Notes under the pieces: model-generated
Databases searched by the model: none
What the model was told of the DNA's origin: nothing
What the model saw: only the letters and a program-made list of their open reading frames with translations
Assembly: GCA_964534995.1 (NCBI GenBank)
Contig: CAZHSC010000002.1
Location: 16,213-80,212 of the forward strand
Direction of reading: 5' to 3'
Source: an uncultured Bifidobacterium sp.
Lineage (GTDB): Bacteria; Bacteroidota; Bacteroidia; AKYH767-A; OLB10
DNA length: 64,000 nucleotides
Part shown: positions 44,893 through 55,637 of the stretch, piece after piece
How positions within the stretch are numbered: position 1 is the stretch's first letter
Layout of the letters: each line of letters starts with the position of its first letter
Program-made: the position numbers and the translations under genes

Positions 44893-47253
44893 ATGAAAAA
44901 CCTGTTACTGCTTATCGGCGGTGTCCTGCTTTCCTTTACCGGACATGCGCAACTGAACGTTACTTTCAAGTCCAACCTCATTTACCCCAATGACGCCCTC
45001 TCCAATATTGGGGGCTATGTGGATTCCCTTGGCAATGAATACGCCCTGGTAGGGTATGAATCCGGTTTGTCCATCGTCAATGTTTCTGACCCGGCAAATC
45101 CGGTCATAGCATTTTCCGTTCCGGGCACACAATCTACCTGGAGGGAAGTGAAAACATGGCAGAATTACGCCTATGTTACTACCGAAGGATGCTGCAACGG
45201 ATTGCAGATTATCAACCTGGGTTACCTGCCCGACTCCATCAGCGTAAAGCAATGGAAAGGTAACGGAAGTATCGCCGGCCAGTTAGAAACTATTCACGCC
45301 TTGCACATTGAAGATGCGCATGTGTATCTTTTTGGAAGTAATCTCTTTAATGGTTCTGCCCTCATCGCCGATCTTGCGGATCCATGGAATCCGGATTATA
45401 AGGGCCACACCCCCGGCACCTATATACATGATGGCTATGTCCGGGCCGACGTATTGTATTCGGCGCACATTTATGACGGATATTTTTCAGTCTTTGATGT
45501 AAGCAACAAGAGCAACCCAATACTCCTCGCCACGCAATCTACTCCTACCCAGTTTACCCATAACACCTGGCTCAATGACGCAGGGAATGTATTGTTTACA
45601 ACAGATGAAAACTCCAATTCTTACCTGGGTGCTTACGACATCAGTAACCTCAACAACATCATTGAACTGGACAGGGTACAACTGACTCCCGGTTCTGGAT
45701 CGATCATTCACAATACCCATAATTTAAACGACTATGAGATCGTATCCTGGTATAAAGACGGTATCGCCATTGTGGATGTAAGCCGTCCGGAAAACATGAT
45801 TGTTACCGGGCATTACGACACCTATCCGCAGGGATCAGGCAACGGTTTTAGCGGAGCCTGGGGTGTTTACCCTTATCTGCCCTCCGGAAACCTGGTGGTT
45901 TCGGATATAAATAATGGACTTTTTGTGCTTACGCCCACCTATGTACGTGGCTGCTACCTTGAAGGAACAGTTACAGACAGTGTCACCGGCCTTCCGTTGA
46001 ACAATGTTACAGTGACCATCACCGGCCCTGCCATCACCAGCACCAGTAAGATCACCGGTGAGTACAAAACCGGACTCGCCACAGCAGGAAATTATACCGT
46101 AGAGTTTTCCAAGCCCGGATATCTCACAAAAACTTTTAACAATGTCAGTTTGCAAAACGGTGTACTTACCCTACTGGATGTACAACTCAATACCATTGTT
46201 CCCACTGTAACTATAACGGGTACAGTAACCGAAGCCGGCAGCGGCCTCCCCATTGCCAATGCCACTGTATTTTTCTTCAACTCACAATTCGACAATACCG
46301 TAAGCAGCGATGTAAACGGACAATTCAGCATCCCCGGCTTCTTCCCCGGCACCTACGACCTGCTTGTAGGGCACTGGGGGCATATTACTTATTGCAGCGG
46401 CGGTCAAAATATAACAGGAGGAAATTCCTATACCATAGTGCTGGACAAAGGCTATTACGATGACTTTTCGCTCGATTTCGGCTGGACCGTAAGCGGCCCT
46501 TCCGGCAATGTCTGGGAAAGAGCGGTACCTGTTGGCACTACCAATAACAATCAATTGGCCAATCCGGGCGCGGATGTAAACAATGACTGCGGAACGATGG
46601 CCTATGTAACGGATAATGGCGGCGGTGGCCCGTGGGACAATGACGTGGACCAGGGTAATACCATACTTACTTCACCGGTTTTTGACGCTCTTCAATACAC
46701 CAACCCTTATGTGAAGTATCAGCGATGGTTTTATAATGGTGGAAATAACAATGGCGCACCGGATGATTCGATGTTAATTTATCTGAGCAATGGTACGAAT
46801 ACCGTGCTGCTGGAAGCATATGGCCCCTCCGGATCTTCATCTTCCTGGCAAGCGTCCAACTTCAAGATTTCAGATTTCATTACACCCAGTTCCACCATGC
46901 AATTAATCGTACGCGTTGGTGACCCCGGTCCTGTATTTAATATTGTGGAAGGCGGCCTGGATAAATTTGAAATTGCAGAAGTGACCTCACTGGGAGAACT
47001 TGCTGAATCGCACCTATTGAGTATATATCCAAATCCCTTTCAGAAGGATGTAACCCTTACTTTCAATCAAAGGAATAAAAACGGAGTTTCTTTAAGGGTA
47101 TTTGATGCAGGAGGCAGAATCATTGAAGAACGTAGGATATCACAGGCAATAAACAGTATCAGCATCGGTCAAACCTGGGAAAACGGACTCTATTTCGTTC
47201 AGATTATAGATGAAAACGGAAATATAAAAACGCAACGACTGGTAAAACTTTAA
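44893..47253 (+). CDS. Choice-of-anchor B family protein (LVIVD repeats) with T9SS CTD
   Basis: GNEYALVG, WREVKTW, YIHDGYV, FTHNTWL, GAWGVYPYLPSG, two carboxypeptidase-regulatory-like domains, IYPNPF CTD. Confidence 0.85.
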   Translation: MKNLLLLIGGVLLSFTGHAQLNVTFKSNLIYPNDALSNIGGYVDSLGNEYALVGYESGLSIVNVSDPANPVIAFSVPGTQSTWREVKTWQNYAYVTTEGCCNGLQIINLGYLPDSISVKQWKGNGSIAGQLETIHALHIEDAHVYLFGSNLFNGSALIADLADPWNPDYKGHTPGTYIHDGYVRADVLYSAHIYDGYFSVFDVSNKSNPILLATQSTPTQFTHNTWLNDAGNVLFTTDENSNSYLGAYDISNLNNIIELDRVQLTPGSGSIIHNTHNLNDYEIVSWYKDGIAIVDVSRPENMIVTGHYDTYPQGSGNGFSGAWGVYPYLPSGNLVVSDINNGLFVLTPTYVRGCYLEGTVTDSVTGLPLNNVTVTITGPAITSTSKITGEYKTGLATAGNYTVEFSKPGYLTKTFNNVSLQNGVLTLLDVQLNTIVPTVTITGTVTEAGSGLPIANATVFFFNSQFDNTVSSDVNGQFSIPGFFPGTYDLLVGHWGHITYCSGGQNITGGNSYTIVLDKGYYDDFSLDFGWTVSGPSGNVWERAVPVGTTNNNQLANPGADVNNDCGTMAYVTDNGGGGPWDNDVDQGNTILTSPVFDALQYTNPYVKYQRWFYNGGNNNGAPDDSMLIYLSNGTNTVLLEAYGPSGSSSSWQASNFKISDFITPSSTMQLIVRVGDPGPVFNIVEGGLDKFEIAEVTSLGELAESHLLSIYPNPFQKDVTLTFNQRNKNGVSLRVFDAGGRIIEERRISQAINSISIGQTWENGLYFVQIIDENGNIKTQRLVKL

Positions 47254-47270
47254 GAAAATGCGCTCTTTGA

Positions 47271-47303
47271 AAAAGCTGTCTCCATATTGGAGGCAGCTTT
47301 TTT
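47271..47303 (+). terminator. Intrinsic terminator
   Basis: AAAAGCTGTCTCC-ATATT-GGAGGCAGCTTTTTT. Confidence 0.85.
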
Positions 47304-47464
47304 ACTTCCTCCCTCCTCTTTCATTTCATGTACTTATTTTACATTGATTATCAATCATGTTGAATCTGACTCAACTCGCCTTTTAACACATCTCCTTGTT
47401 AGCATCACCTTATTTAAGAAGAAAAAAGAAGACAAAATCACATCATATTTGCAGAAGTTTTACG

Positions 47465-49399
47465 TTGAGAAGAAAGTTGAAAACAAGAACGCACTGGCTA
47501 ATCATTTTTCTTTTTTCTGCGCAGACACTCCATGCACAGCAAAAATCATTGTGCCCACCCGCGACCTCCAAAAAAGCCGAGCGGTATTATGAAGATGCCA
47601 GGGATGCCCGTAAAAACAAAAAACCATTTTCCGAATTAAAAGAATATTGTGAGAAAGCGCTCGCTGAAGACTCTGTTTATGCCGATGCCTTAAAACTACT
47701 TGGTGATGCTGCCTGGCAGGCGAGACAGGACAAAGTGATGGCGGCAGCGTATGAAAGACTGATCCGGCATTGCCCGGATGCTTCTGCTGAAGCACATTAC
47801 CGGATTGCGGATTATCTGTACGGACAAAAAGAATTTGCGCAAGCCATCGTATACTTTCAAAGCTATCTTGACTTTAATAAAGTGAAGGAAGAAAACGCGC
47901 GGGATGCCGGACAAAAAATTACACGGGCGCGGCTGATGATGAAACCGGTACCCTTTCAGCCGGTTCCTCTTAAAAATGTTTCCAGCGGAGATCCGGAATA
48001 CCTTGCCATCATTTCTCCGGATCAGGATTTTTGCTTTTACACCCGGAGGTTTGAAGAACAAAAGCGGGGAGCCTTATTTCCTGCCAGCGTTGAAAAGTTC
48101 ATGGTGAGTAAGAAGGTCAACGGGGTGTACGATAAAGGCGAAACCATGCCTCCTCCTTTCAACAAATCAGGATCCAATAATGAAGGGGGGGCCAGCATAA
48201 GCATTGATAACAAGCACTTATTCTTTACAGTGAATAAAAACGGTAATTTTGATATCTATACCAGTGATGAGCACATGGGAGTATGGTCGGAACCCCGGAG
48301 TGTAGGCGCGGGCATCAACCACCCTGAGCGTTGGGAAAGCCAGCCCAGCATTTCACCGGATGGCAAAACCCTTTATTTTGTAAGCATCAGGGACTCTCTC
48401 AACCCCACCAGCGATATCTATTTCAGCAAGAAAGGAGCCGACGGCAATTGGAGCATGATGCAAAACATGGGCACGCTTATCAACACGCCCGGCAACGAAA
48501 AAACACCATTTATCCATCCCGACAACAAAACTTTTTATTTCAGCAGTGACACCCATGAAGGTATGGGGGGCTATGATATTTTCCTGTGCCGGTTGAGTGA
48601 AGACGGCAAATGGTCGAGCCCTGTGAATCTCGGTTACCCGATCAATACAGAGGCTGACGAATTGGGCTTCTTTGTGAGTACCGATGGTAAAAAAGGATAT
48701 TTTGCCAGCAATAACCTCAAAGGGGTTGGAGGTTATGATATATATGAATTCGAGCTGTATAAAGAGATAAAACCTGACCGTGTATTGTTCATCAAGGGGG
48801 AGTTGAAAGATGAAAATGATGAAGCACCTTCCAAAGCCAGTATCGAATTAAAAAATGTGTCGACCCGGCAAAATGCGGAGGTGGCGTACGACAGTACCAC
48901 CGGTAAATACGCTTCGGTAGTACTTTTTGATGAGGATTACATCCTTACGGTGAAAAAACAAGGATACGCATACAACTCGGCCTATTTCTCGGCCGCCGAC
49001 AGTTCACATCCCGAACCTAAAAAAGTTGATCTTACACTCAGCAGGACGGAGGTAGGATCCGCCTACCGTTTGAACAATATCCTCTTCGATACAGAATCAT
49101 CAACACTTACACGACAGGATTTACATATCATTGCTGATTTTGCGGAATACCTGAAAGAAAACCCGGGCGTTAAAGTAGCCTTACACGGTCACACTGACAA
49201 TGCAGGTGACCCATTAAAAAACCTCCTGCTCTCGGAACAAAGAGCTAAATCAGTTTACAATCAACTGGTAACTTTGGGAATTGATAGAGGTCGCCTGAGT
49301 TTTAAAGGCTTTGGAGAAACAAAACCCATTGCCGATAACAACCAAAGCGAAGGAAGGACGCAAAACCGGAGAACGGAATTTGTTATTACCGCTAAATAA
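47465..49399 (+). CDS. TPR + PD40 (WD40-like) + OmpA_C protein (PorE-like architecture)
   Basis: TPR helices, QPSISPDGKTLYF, TPFIHPDNKTFYFSS, OmpA_C GHTDNAG…LSEQRA…NRRTEF; TTG start inferred at 47465. Confidence 0.88.
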   Translation: MRRKLKTRTHWLIIFLFSAQTLHAQQKSLCPPATSKKAERYYEDARDARKNKKPFSELKEYCEKALAEDSVYADALKLLGDAAWQARQDKVMAAAYERLIRHCPDASAEAHYRIADYLYGQKEFAQAIVYFQSYLDFNKVKEENARDAGQKITRARLMMKPVPFQPVPLKNVSSGDPEYLAIISPDQDFCFYTRRFEEQKRGALFPASVEKFMVSKKVNGVYDKGETMPPPFNKSGSNNEGGASISIDNKHLFFTVNKNGNFDIYTSDEHMGVWSEPRSVGAGINHPERWESQPSISPDGKTLYFVSIRDSLNPTSDIYFSKKGADGNWSMMQNMGTLINTPGNEKTPFIHPDNKTFYFSSDTHEGMGGYDIFLCRLSEDGKWSSPVNLGYPINTEADELGFFVSTDGKKGYFASNNLKGVGGYDIYEFELYKEIKPDRVLFIKGELKDENDEAPSKASIELKNVSTRQNAEVAYDSTTGKYASVVLFDEDYILTVKKQGYAYNSAYFSAADSSHPEPKKVDLTLSRTEVGSAYRLNNILFDTESSTLTRQDLHIIADFAEYLKENPGVKVALHGHTDNAGDPLKNLLLSEQRAKSVYNQLVTLGIDRGRLSFKGFGETKPIADNNQSEGRTQNRRTEFVITAK

Positions 49400-49452
49400 T
49401 AAGGGGTTGATGTTCTTTTATCACTTGAAAAATTCCGGTGCAACAAGGGCGA

Positions 49453-51246
49453 TTACAATTTTAGCCACCTGGCATAGTGTGATTTTTGAGATGCTGTTGG
49501 ATTCTCCGTTTTCTCTAATACATATTTTACCGCGCCGGATTTTTTAAGGGTGAGCAACACATCCATCAGGATCCCATTTCGTGCGATAGTAAAGCGGGCT
49601 TCGTCACCCGGCTTCTTCATGGACAACATTTTAGAGAGATCGTCTCCGCTCCGGTAATTATCAATGGCAATAATTTCATCATTCACATTTAATCCCGCGG
49701 TCCATGCCGGAGAGTTTCGTTCAACAGAGGTCACAGTCAGTTTACCACCGGCAAAGTTGGTACCTGCGCCTGTCCATGCCGTTTTACCGGAGGCATTCAA
49801 ATCCTTCAATTCAAGGCCAACTGCGGAAATTTTTTCAAAAAGCGGCAGCGACACGGTATCATGTACATACTTTATAAAAAAATCATCCATTGGTTTCCCG
49901 GTGACCTTATTTACCACAGCGATAAACTCCTTCTCAGTAAATGGCCTGTTCAGTTTTTTAAAGTACAATGCATACATTTCCCGCATCACATCGTCCAGCG
50001 ACTTTTTTCCCTCAGTGCTACTGATAATTTCCAGATCGAGCAGAGCTGCCACCACACTTCCTTTGGTGTAATAGGAAACGGTAGTATTGGACGAGTTCTC
50101 ATTGGGGCGGTAAAATTTAATCCATGCATCGAGGCTGGACTCCGACAGTGGCTGAACAGCCGCTCCTTTCACATTTGAGCAATAGGACATACTCCCCGCG
50201 ATCCTTTGCAGATAGTCGGTATCCGAAATAAATCCACAGCGCCGTAACATCAGGTCATCATAATAGGCGGTAAATCCTTCGGCCAGCCAAAGTAATTCCG
50301 TATAGTTTTCATTGCTATAGTCGAAAGGGCCCAGGGGAACCGGACGCAGGCGTTTAACATTCCAGAGATGAAAATATTCATGCGCTACCAGACTTAGAAA
50401 GTCAGCGTAGCTGCTTTCCGATCCATAGGACCAGCGATGGGTTTGCAATGTGGTAGAATTTGCGTGCTCAAGCCCGCCTCCCCCACTGCTGAGGTTATGA
50501 ATGATGAACACATAGCGTTTACAGGGATGTTCCCCGAATACGGCAGTACATTCCTCCACAATCTTTGTAAAATCTGCTTTTATACGGGCTGTATTATAAT
50601 TGCCAGCACCAAACATGGCTACTTCATGAGGAACACCCATTGCGATGAATGAAAAGCTTACATGGTTTCCTATTTCAAAAGGCGCATCCACCAGTTCATC
50701 ATAATTTGCGGCCTTAAAATGCCAGGCCCTGGCATCTTCAACCTGCTCCAGTGCTACCGAAATTTTTTTCCAATCTTTAAACGGAAAAATTTTTAAAGAC
50801 ACCGGTTCCTGCATGAGTTTGTCGCAATACATAAAAATGCTGGTACCATTGAGGTAGGCATGTTCAGCGTCGATAAAGCTGGTACGAACGGACAGCTCAA
50901 AAGCATATACTCTGTAGGAAATCTGAAAACTCCGGTGATTCCCGGATGTCACCCTCCACGTGTTTTTATTGATCTTACGGCTGCTGATACTTTTACCATT
51001 GGCTCCTGTACAAGAAAAGGATTCCACATGCTTCGGGAACTCCCTGACCAGATAGGAGCCGGGAGCCCATACCGGCATTTTTACATCGAGGTCGCCGGTA
51101 CCCCAATCCTCAATAATCATTTTCACTTCCGCATAATGTGTATGAGGCTCCGGAAATGACAATTCATATTTTACAAGGCCTGCTATTCCACTTAAGGGGA
51201 GGAACAGGACTGCGTACAGGGACACGATGGTTTTTATCATTCTCAT
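49453..51246 (-). CDS. M61 family glycyl aminopeptidase with PDZ domain
   Basis: MPVWAPGSYLVREF, GGGLEH, AHEYFHLWN (HExxH), WLAEGFTAYY, YTKG, C-terminal PDZ. Confidence 0.92.
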   Translation of the reverse strand: MRMIKTIVSLYAVLFLPLSGIAGLVKYELSFPEPHTHYAEVKMIIEDWGTGDLDVKMPVWAPGSYLVREFPKHVESFSCTGANGKSISSRKINKNTWRVTSGNHRSFQISYRVYAFELSVRTSFIDAEHAYLNGTSIFMYCDKLMQEPVSLKIFPFKDWKKISVALEQVEDARAWHFKAANYDELVDAPFEIGNHVSFSFIAMGVPHEVAMFGAGNYNTARIKADFTKIVEECTAVFGEHPCKRYVFIIHNLSSGGGGLEHANSTTLQTHRWSYGSESSYADFLSLVAHEYFHLWNVKRLRPVPLGPFDYSNENYTELLWLAEGFTAYYDDLMLRRCGFISDTDYLQRIAGSMSYCSNVKGAAVQPLSESSLDAWIKFYRPNENSSNTTVSYYTKGSVVAALLDLEIISSTEGKKSLDDVMREMYALYFKKLNRPFTEKEFIAVVNKVTGKPMDDFFIKYVHDTVSLPLFEKISAVGLELKDLNASGKTAWTGAGTNFAGGKLTVTSVERNSPAWTAGLNVNDEIIAIDNYRSGDDLSKMLSMKKPGDEARFTIARNGILMDVLLTLKKSGAVKYVLEKTENPTASQKSHYARWLKL

Positions 51247-51261
51247 TAATAATCTGAAAGG

Positions 51262-51269
51262 CGAATATA
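51262..51269 (-). promoter_or_regulatory. Variant -7 box (TATATTCG) for the M61 peptidase
   Basis: One mismatch from TAnnTTTG, 15 nt before the ATG at 51246. Confidence 0.4.
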
Positions 51270-51483
51270 CAAAGTATGGTGTTAAAACAGTGCTAACCTT
51301 ATGTGACAGACGTTAATCTGTCCGTCTGTATTCGCATACTCAAATTTTGATACAACATGGAATTCCAGAGCGACTGATACCCGTTCATCTGCACACAAAG
51401 AATCAGGCGTGGCAACCCAAATAATGAAGCGCTTTCTTATTTATAATAGCTTAAAAAGCCCTGTCAAATGGGAGTAAAACAAA

Positions 51484-51846
51484 TTAAAATTTTGGCCTTC
51501 TTTTACCATCTGTAAAAAACACTTTACGCAAGTGCCTTTCCGTCATCACATAAATGATGAATACTGAAATTAAGAGAGAATAAAAAAGTGTGGAAAGCAG
51601 CAAATTCAGGTTCCTGTATGCAAAAAATTCTATCAGCAGCAATAAAATCATAATCATGCTGGAAAGCAGCATCAGCCATTTGCCTGCAAACTTATTCCCC
51701 TCATACCAGGTATCCTCATTTAGCAAGGACAATTTTGACCTGTAAGCAAGCAGAGATGACCCAAATTCAGGTCCGTTATTCAGCTTAAGTCCAAGTGAGA
51801 AAAAGCTCAACACGCCGATCATACTCAATAAAAAATACGCATTCAT
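51484..51846 (-). CDS. SdpI/YhfL family small membrane protein
   Basis: Three TM; AYRSKLSLLNEDTWYEGNKFAG matches the SdpI GyRt….W..an..ag pattern. Confidence 0.7.
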   Translation of the reverse strand: MNAYFLLSMIGVLSFFSLGLKLNNGPEFGSSLLAYRSKLSLLNEDTWYEGNKFAGKWLMLLSSMIMILLLLIEFFAYRNLNLLLSTLFYSLLISVFIIYVMTERHLRKVFFTDGKRRPKF

Positions 51847-51897
51847 GTGAAAGAGATGTAAAAAATAAATTAAATTAAATATCTAATAAAAACTTAC

Positions 51898-52548
51898 TTA
51901 ACGGACACCACCCAAAGACTTCATCATTTCTTCCTGGGTCATCACCTTATATCCTGCAGGAATCACAAACTGCTGATCGTTTACCTTGTCCAGCTTCACT
52001 TCCTTCGCGATCATCCGGGCTTCCAGTTCCGGGGTTTTAAGCGAAAATTCGAGTGGAAAACCATTAATGCCCTCCATGTTATAATACCATGAACCTTTAG
52101 ATCTTAACTGATCTGTATACCAGATCACCATATCAGGTTCACCGTCGGCGGCCATGATCGCTTTTTTACAGGAATACCCCGCTATATCCTTGACTTCGCC
52201 GGTTTCGTTTTTCAACTTAAAACGTTTGGACTTTTTGGGATCCCCCTGCATTTCATTCTTATTGGTTTTAATGGCCATACGGTTACCCATCAGATCCAGC
52301 AAAAGATGAACCTCATCATTGTTTACGAGGACAGATGACTGCAGGCCCATGCCCATGGGCAGGAGCATTTTCATCTTGTCACCTTTAAACCATAATTCCG
52401 ATTCGGTGGGCATCGCGGCAAGTTCCTCCTTGCTGAAACCGGATTCGGCATATTGCATCGAAAACCGTATGTAGCCTTCATTTCCCTGAGATACACAAAC
52501 CAGGTTTTGGAGAAACAGTACTAAAAAAGTAAATAGGTATTTCATCAT
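51898..52548 (-). CDS. DUF4412/GLPGLI-like secreted protein
   Basis: TGEVKDIAGYSCKKA, IWYT, INGFPLEF, FVIPAGYK. Confidence 0.75.
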   Translation of the reverse strand: MMKYLFTFLVLFLQNLVCVSQGNEGYIRFSMQYAESGFSKEELAAMPTESELWFKGDKMKMLLPMGMGLQSSVLVNNDEVHLLLDLMGNRMAIKTNKNEMQGDPKKSKRFKLKNETGEVKDIAGYSCKKAIMAADGEPDMVIWYTDQLRSKGSWYYNMEGINGFPLEFSLKTPELEARMIAKEVKLDKVNDQQFVIPAGYKVMTQEEMMKSLGGVR

Positions 52549-52643
52549 TCATGTTTTGGAAATGCTAATTTAAAATAAGTTTTTATACAACCATCAAAAA
52601 AAACCGGAATTTTGTAGGTTTGACAAGAAATCGATATAAAATT

Positions 52644-54842
52644 ATGAAAACAGGGTGTAAAAATGCCGTTTACTTTATGTTTACCTTTATCATCTGTCTT
52701 TTTTTTACGGATAATCTTATTGCTCAGGATAAGTCGTTAAAACTTGAAGATATCTGGGGTAGTCCGGCACTTTATGTCAGAACAGCAAAGGGGTTTAATG
52801 CCATGCCTGACGGAGAGCATTATGCCAATGTTGAACAGAAGGAAGATGGACAGTATCTTATTCAGTATTCTTTCAAAAGCGGCCATGCGACGGACACCCT
52901 CCTGCGGCCTTCGCAGCTGATCAGCAAGCAGGATACGGTTGACTTTACCGATTATACTTTCAGTGAGGACGGATCCCTCGTTTTGCTGCCTGTCAATCCC
53001 GAAGCGATTTACAGGCACTCGGTAAAAGCAGATTACTATGTATTCAACAGGAATGAAAACCGGTTGCAGCGCATCACCCTGAGTGGGAAAGCCATGTATG
53101 GCACCTTTTCGCCCGATGGGAAGCGACTTGCCTATGTGCGGGACAATAACCTTTTTGTATTCAGTTTCAGTACCATGAAGGAAACAGCGATTACGGTTGA
53201 TGGCTTAAAAAATCAAATTATTAACGGGGCAACGGACTGGGTATACGAGGAAGAATTCGGCATGGATGTGGCCTTTGCCTGGTCTCCTGATGGTCAGAAA
53301 ATCGCCTATTACCGCTTTGATGAAAGCCGTGTAAAAGAATTTAACCTCACCTATTACGGAGATTTATATCCCAGGGAAGAACGCTACAAATACCCCAAGG
53401 CCGGAGAAGAAAATTCAACAGTGGAAATCCGGGTACATGATTTGAATACGGGGAAAAACTCTTCAGTAATGACCACTGACAAAACCTGGGAATACATACC
53501 CAGGATATCCTGGACCAAGGACCCCGACGTACTGAGTTTGCAAAGAACCAACCGGCATCAGAACCTTTTGGAATTGGTTTTTTATTCGGTAACAAAAAAC
53601 GCGTTGCATGTAGTACTGAAAGAAGAAAATTCCTCTTTTATTGAAATAACCGACGACCTGACCTTTCTCAATGACAAAAAAAGGTTTATCTGGACTTCCA
53701 GCCGTGATGGTTTCAATCATATTTATTTGTTTGGTACCGATGGCAAGTTAATCCGTCAAATTACGAAAGGTCCGTTTGATGTGAGCAAATACTATGGATT
53801 TGACGAAAAATCCGGTACCTTTTATTATCAGAGCACGGAGAAGAGTCCGCTGGAGCGTCATCTTTATGCCATCGATCTTAAAGGAAACAAGAAAACATTA
53901 AATCCTGCGCCAGGTACGCATACGATTGAATTTACCAGGCGTTTGAATTATTATGTTGATACCTATTCGTCCTTTGGCCAACCCTATACCTGCACCCTTT
54001 ATGACAACAGTGGAAGGAAATTGAGGACGCTGGAGGACAATGCAAACGTCAAGCGGGCTTTAACGGATTACAAACTCGGCAAAACGGATACGCTTAGCTT
54101 CCGTACCGAAGAGGGTGTTTTGCTTTACGGTTGGATCATCTACCCTCCCGGCTTTAATCCCTCTGTAAAATACCCGGTACTGATGCATGTATACGGAGGG
54201 CCCGGTGTGCAGACGGTAACGGATGACTGGGACGGCCCCAATTACCTCTGGCACCAGATGCTCGCACAACGGGGATACATAATCGTTAGTTTTGACAACC
54301 GCGGAACGCCCGGTCGCGGGCTGGAATTCGCCAACTGCATTTACAAAAACATGGGACATCTGGAAGTTAAAGACCAGCTGAGTGCAGTGGATTATCTCAA
54401 AAAACAATCATTCGTGGATGCAGGCCGGATCGGTGTTTGGGGATGGAGTTTTGGCGGCTATATGACCTCCCTGCTCCTGACCAAAGGAGGAGGTATATTT
54501 AAAATGGGGATGGCGGTAGCACCGGTAACTACCTGGAGGTATTACGACAGTATCTATACCGAAAGATACCTGCAAACACCTGAGGAAAATCCGAAGGGAT
54601 ATGACGACAACTCACCCATACATTTCGCCAGGGACCTGCAGGGAAAATTCCTTCTTGTACATGGCTCAACTGATGACAATGTTCATATGCAGAATACCAT
54701 GGATTTTGTATCTGCACTGGTCAACGCCAATAAACAGTTTGATTTATTTATTTACCCTAACAAAAACCATGCGATCAGGGGAGGCAACACCCGGCTCCAT
54801 CTGTACTCGAAAATGACCAGTTTTGTAAGCGATAATTTATAA
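52644..54842 (+). CDS. Dipeptidyl peptidase IV (S9B)
   Basis: NGATDWVYEEEF, YPKAG, GWSFGG (Ser), DDNVH (Asp), NKNH (His). Confidence 0.93.
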   Translation: MKTGCKNAVYFMFTFIICLFFTDNLIAQDKSLKLEDIWGSPALYVRTAKGFNAMPDGEHYANVEQKEDGQYLIQYSFKSGHATDTLLRPSQLISKQDTVDFTDYTFSEDGSLVLLPVNPEAIYRHSVKADYYVFNRNENRLQRITLSGKAMYGTFSPDGKRLAYVRDNNLFVFSFSTMKETAITVDGLKNQIINGATDWVYEEEFGMDVAFAWSPDGQKIAYYRFDESRVKEFNLTYYGDLYPREERYKYPKAGEENSTVEIRVHDLNTGKNSSVMTTDKTWEYIPRISWTKDPDVLSLQRTNRHQNLLELVFYSVTKNALHVVLKEENSSFIEITDDLTFLNDKKRFIWTSSRDGFNHIYLFGTDGKLIRQITKGPFDVSKYYGFDEKSGTFYYQSTEKSPLERHLYAIDLKGNKKTLNPAPGTHTIEFTRRLNYYVDTYSSFGQPYTCTLYDNSGRKLRTLEDNANVKRALTDYKLGKTDTLSFRTEEGVLLYGWIIYPPGFNPSVKYPVLMHVYGGPGVQTVTDDWDGPNYLWHQMLAQRGYIIVSFDNRGTPGRGLEFANCIYKNMGHLEVKDQLSAVDYLKKQSFVDAGRIGVWGWSFGGYMTSLLLTKGGGIFKMGMAVAPVTTWRYYDSIYTERYLQTPEENPKGYDDNSPIHFARDLQGKFLLVHGSTDDNVHMQNTMDFVSALVNANKQFDLFIYPNKNHAIRGGNTRLHLYSKMTSFVSDNL

Positions 54843-54967
54843 AAGATACAAAGTATTTTCATACACAAAGTATCCATAAACTGTCTGCATCACCTGGCCA
54901 TATACTGCTGAAGCCCGGAGGCTGCGGACAGACGGTATCAGCGGATTTTGGTAAAATAGCGAAGAGG

Positions 54968-55612
54968 CTATTCTTCTTCTTTCACCCAGAGCGGTCGGGG
55001 AAGCTTAAGACCGAAATAAACGGACAGCAGGCGCAGGATGATGATGGTGGCGGTGCCCGAAATAAAACCCCAGAAGGGTGCATTAAAAAAGTAGATCAGC
55101 ACAATACATATCCAGCAGCCAATAAAAGAAGCCACCGCGTACAGGCCACCGGTATATCTGAAAATGACAGGAATTTCATTGGTCACGATATCCCTGAATA
55201 CCCCGCCTGCCACCCCGGTAATGACTCCCATCAGGGAAGCTGAAAACAAGGGCATGTTCAGCGTCAGCGCCGCAAAGAGCCCAGCGATACTGAACAAACC
55301 CAGGCCAGTTGCATCCACTGTATTGCTGCGCGTGTGTAAAAACTTTGCGAGTTTATGTACCCCGGGGATATAGACAAAAGCAATCGCGATCAGCAGCACG
55401 ACAAACAAATAAATTTCATTTTCCACCCAGAAAAACGGCCGCCTGTCAAGCAGTAAATCGCGTAAAGTACCCCCACCAAAAGAAACCAGAAGTGCAATGC
55501 TGTAGGCGCCTACCAGATCCATTTTCTTTTCGGCAGCTTTAATCATGCCGGATACGCTGCTCACAATCACCGCAGCCACCTCAATAAACATATACAAGCC
55601 CGGACTTTCCAT
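54968..55612 (-). CDS. Trimeric intracellular cation channel family (UPF0126/YadS-like) protein
   Basis: Duplicated FGGGTLRDLLL / VAGGVFRDIV motifs; start 55612 or 55591. Confidence 0.88.
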   Translation of the reverse strand: MESPGLYMFIEVAAVIVSSVSGMIKAAEKKMDLVGAYSIALLVSFGGGTLRDLLLDRRPFFWVENEIYLFVVLLIAIAFVYIPGVHKLAKFLHTRSNTVDATGLGLFSIAGLFAALTLNMPLFSASLMGVITGVAGGVFRDIVTNEIPVIFRYTGGLYAVASFIGCWICIVLIYFFNAPFWGFISGTATIIILRLLSVYFGLKLPRPLWVKEEE

Positions 55613-55633
55613 ATCTTTGAGTAAACGAAATTA
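55612..55633. promoter_or_regulatory. Overlapping divergent -7 boxes (TATCTTTG on +, TAATTTCG on -)
   Basis: + box at 55612-55619, - box at 55633-55626, within a 25-bp gap between divergent ORFs. Confidence 0.5.
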
Positions 55634-55637
55634 CTAA

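Noticed and set aside
51305-51329. Alternative hairpins (GACAGA/TCTGTC vs ACAGACG/CGTCTGT) as a riboswitch
   Set aside because: They lie upstream of the probable M61 promoter, lack a U-tract and match no known aptamer; more likely a 3' stem of the sdpI transcript.
54848-54873. ACAAAGTAT direct repeat after DPP IV
   Set aside because: A 9-bp AT-rich match between convergent 3' ends, where an operator is unlikely; probably chance.
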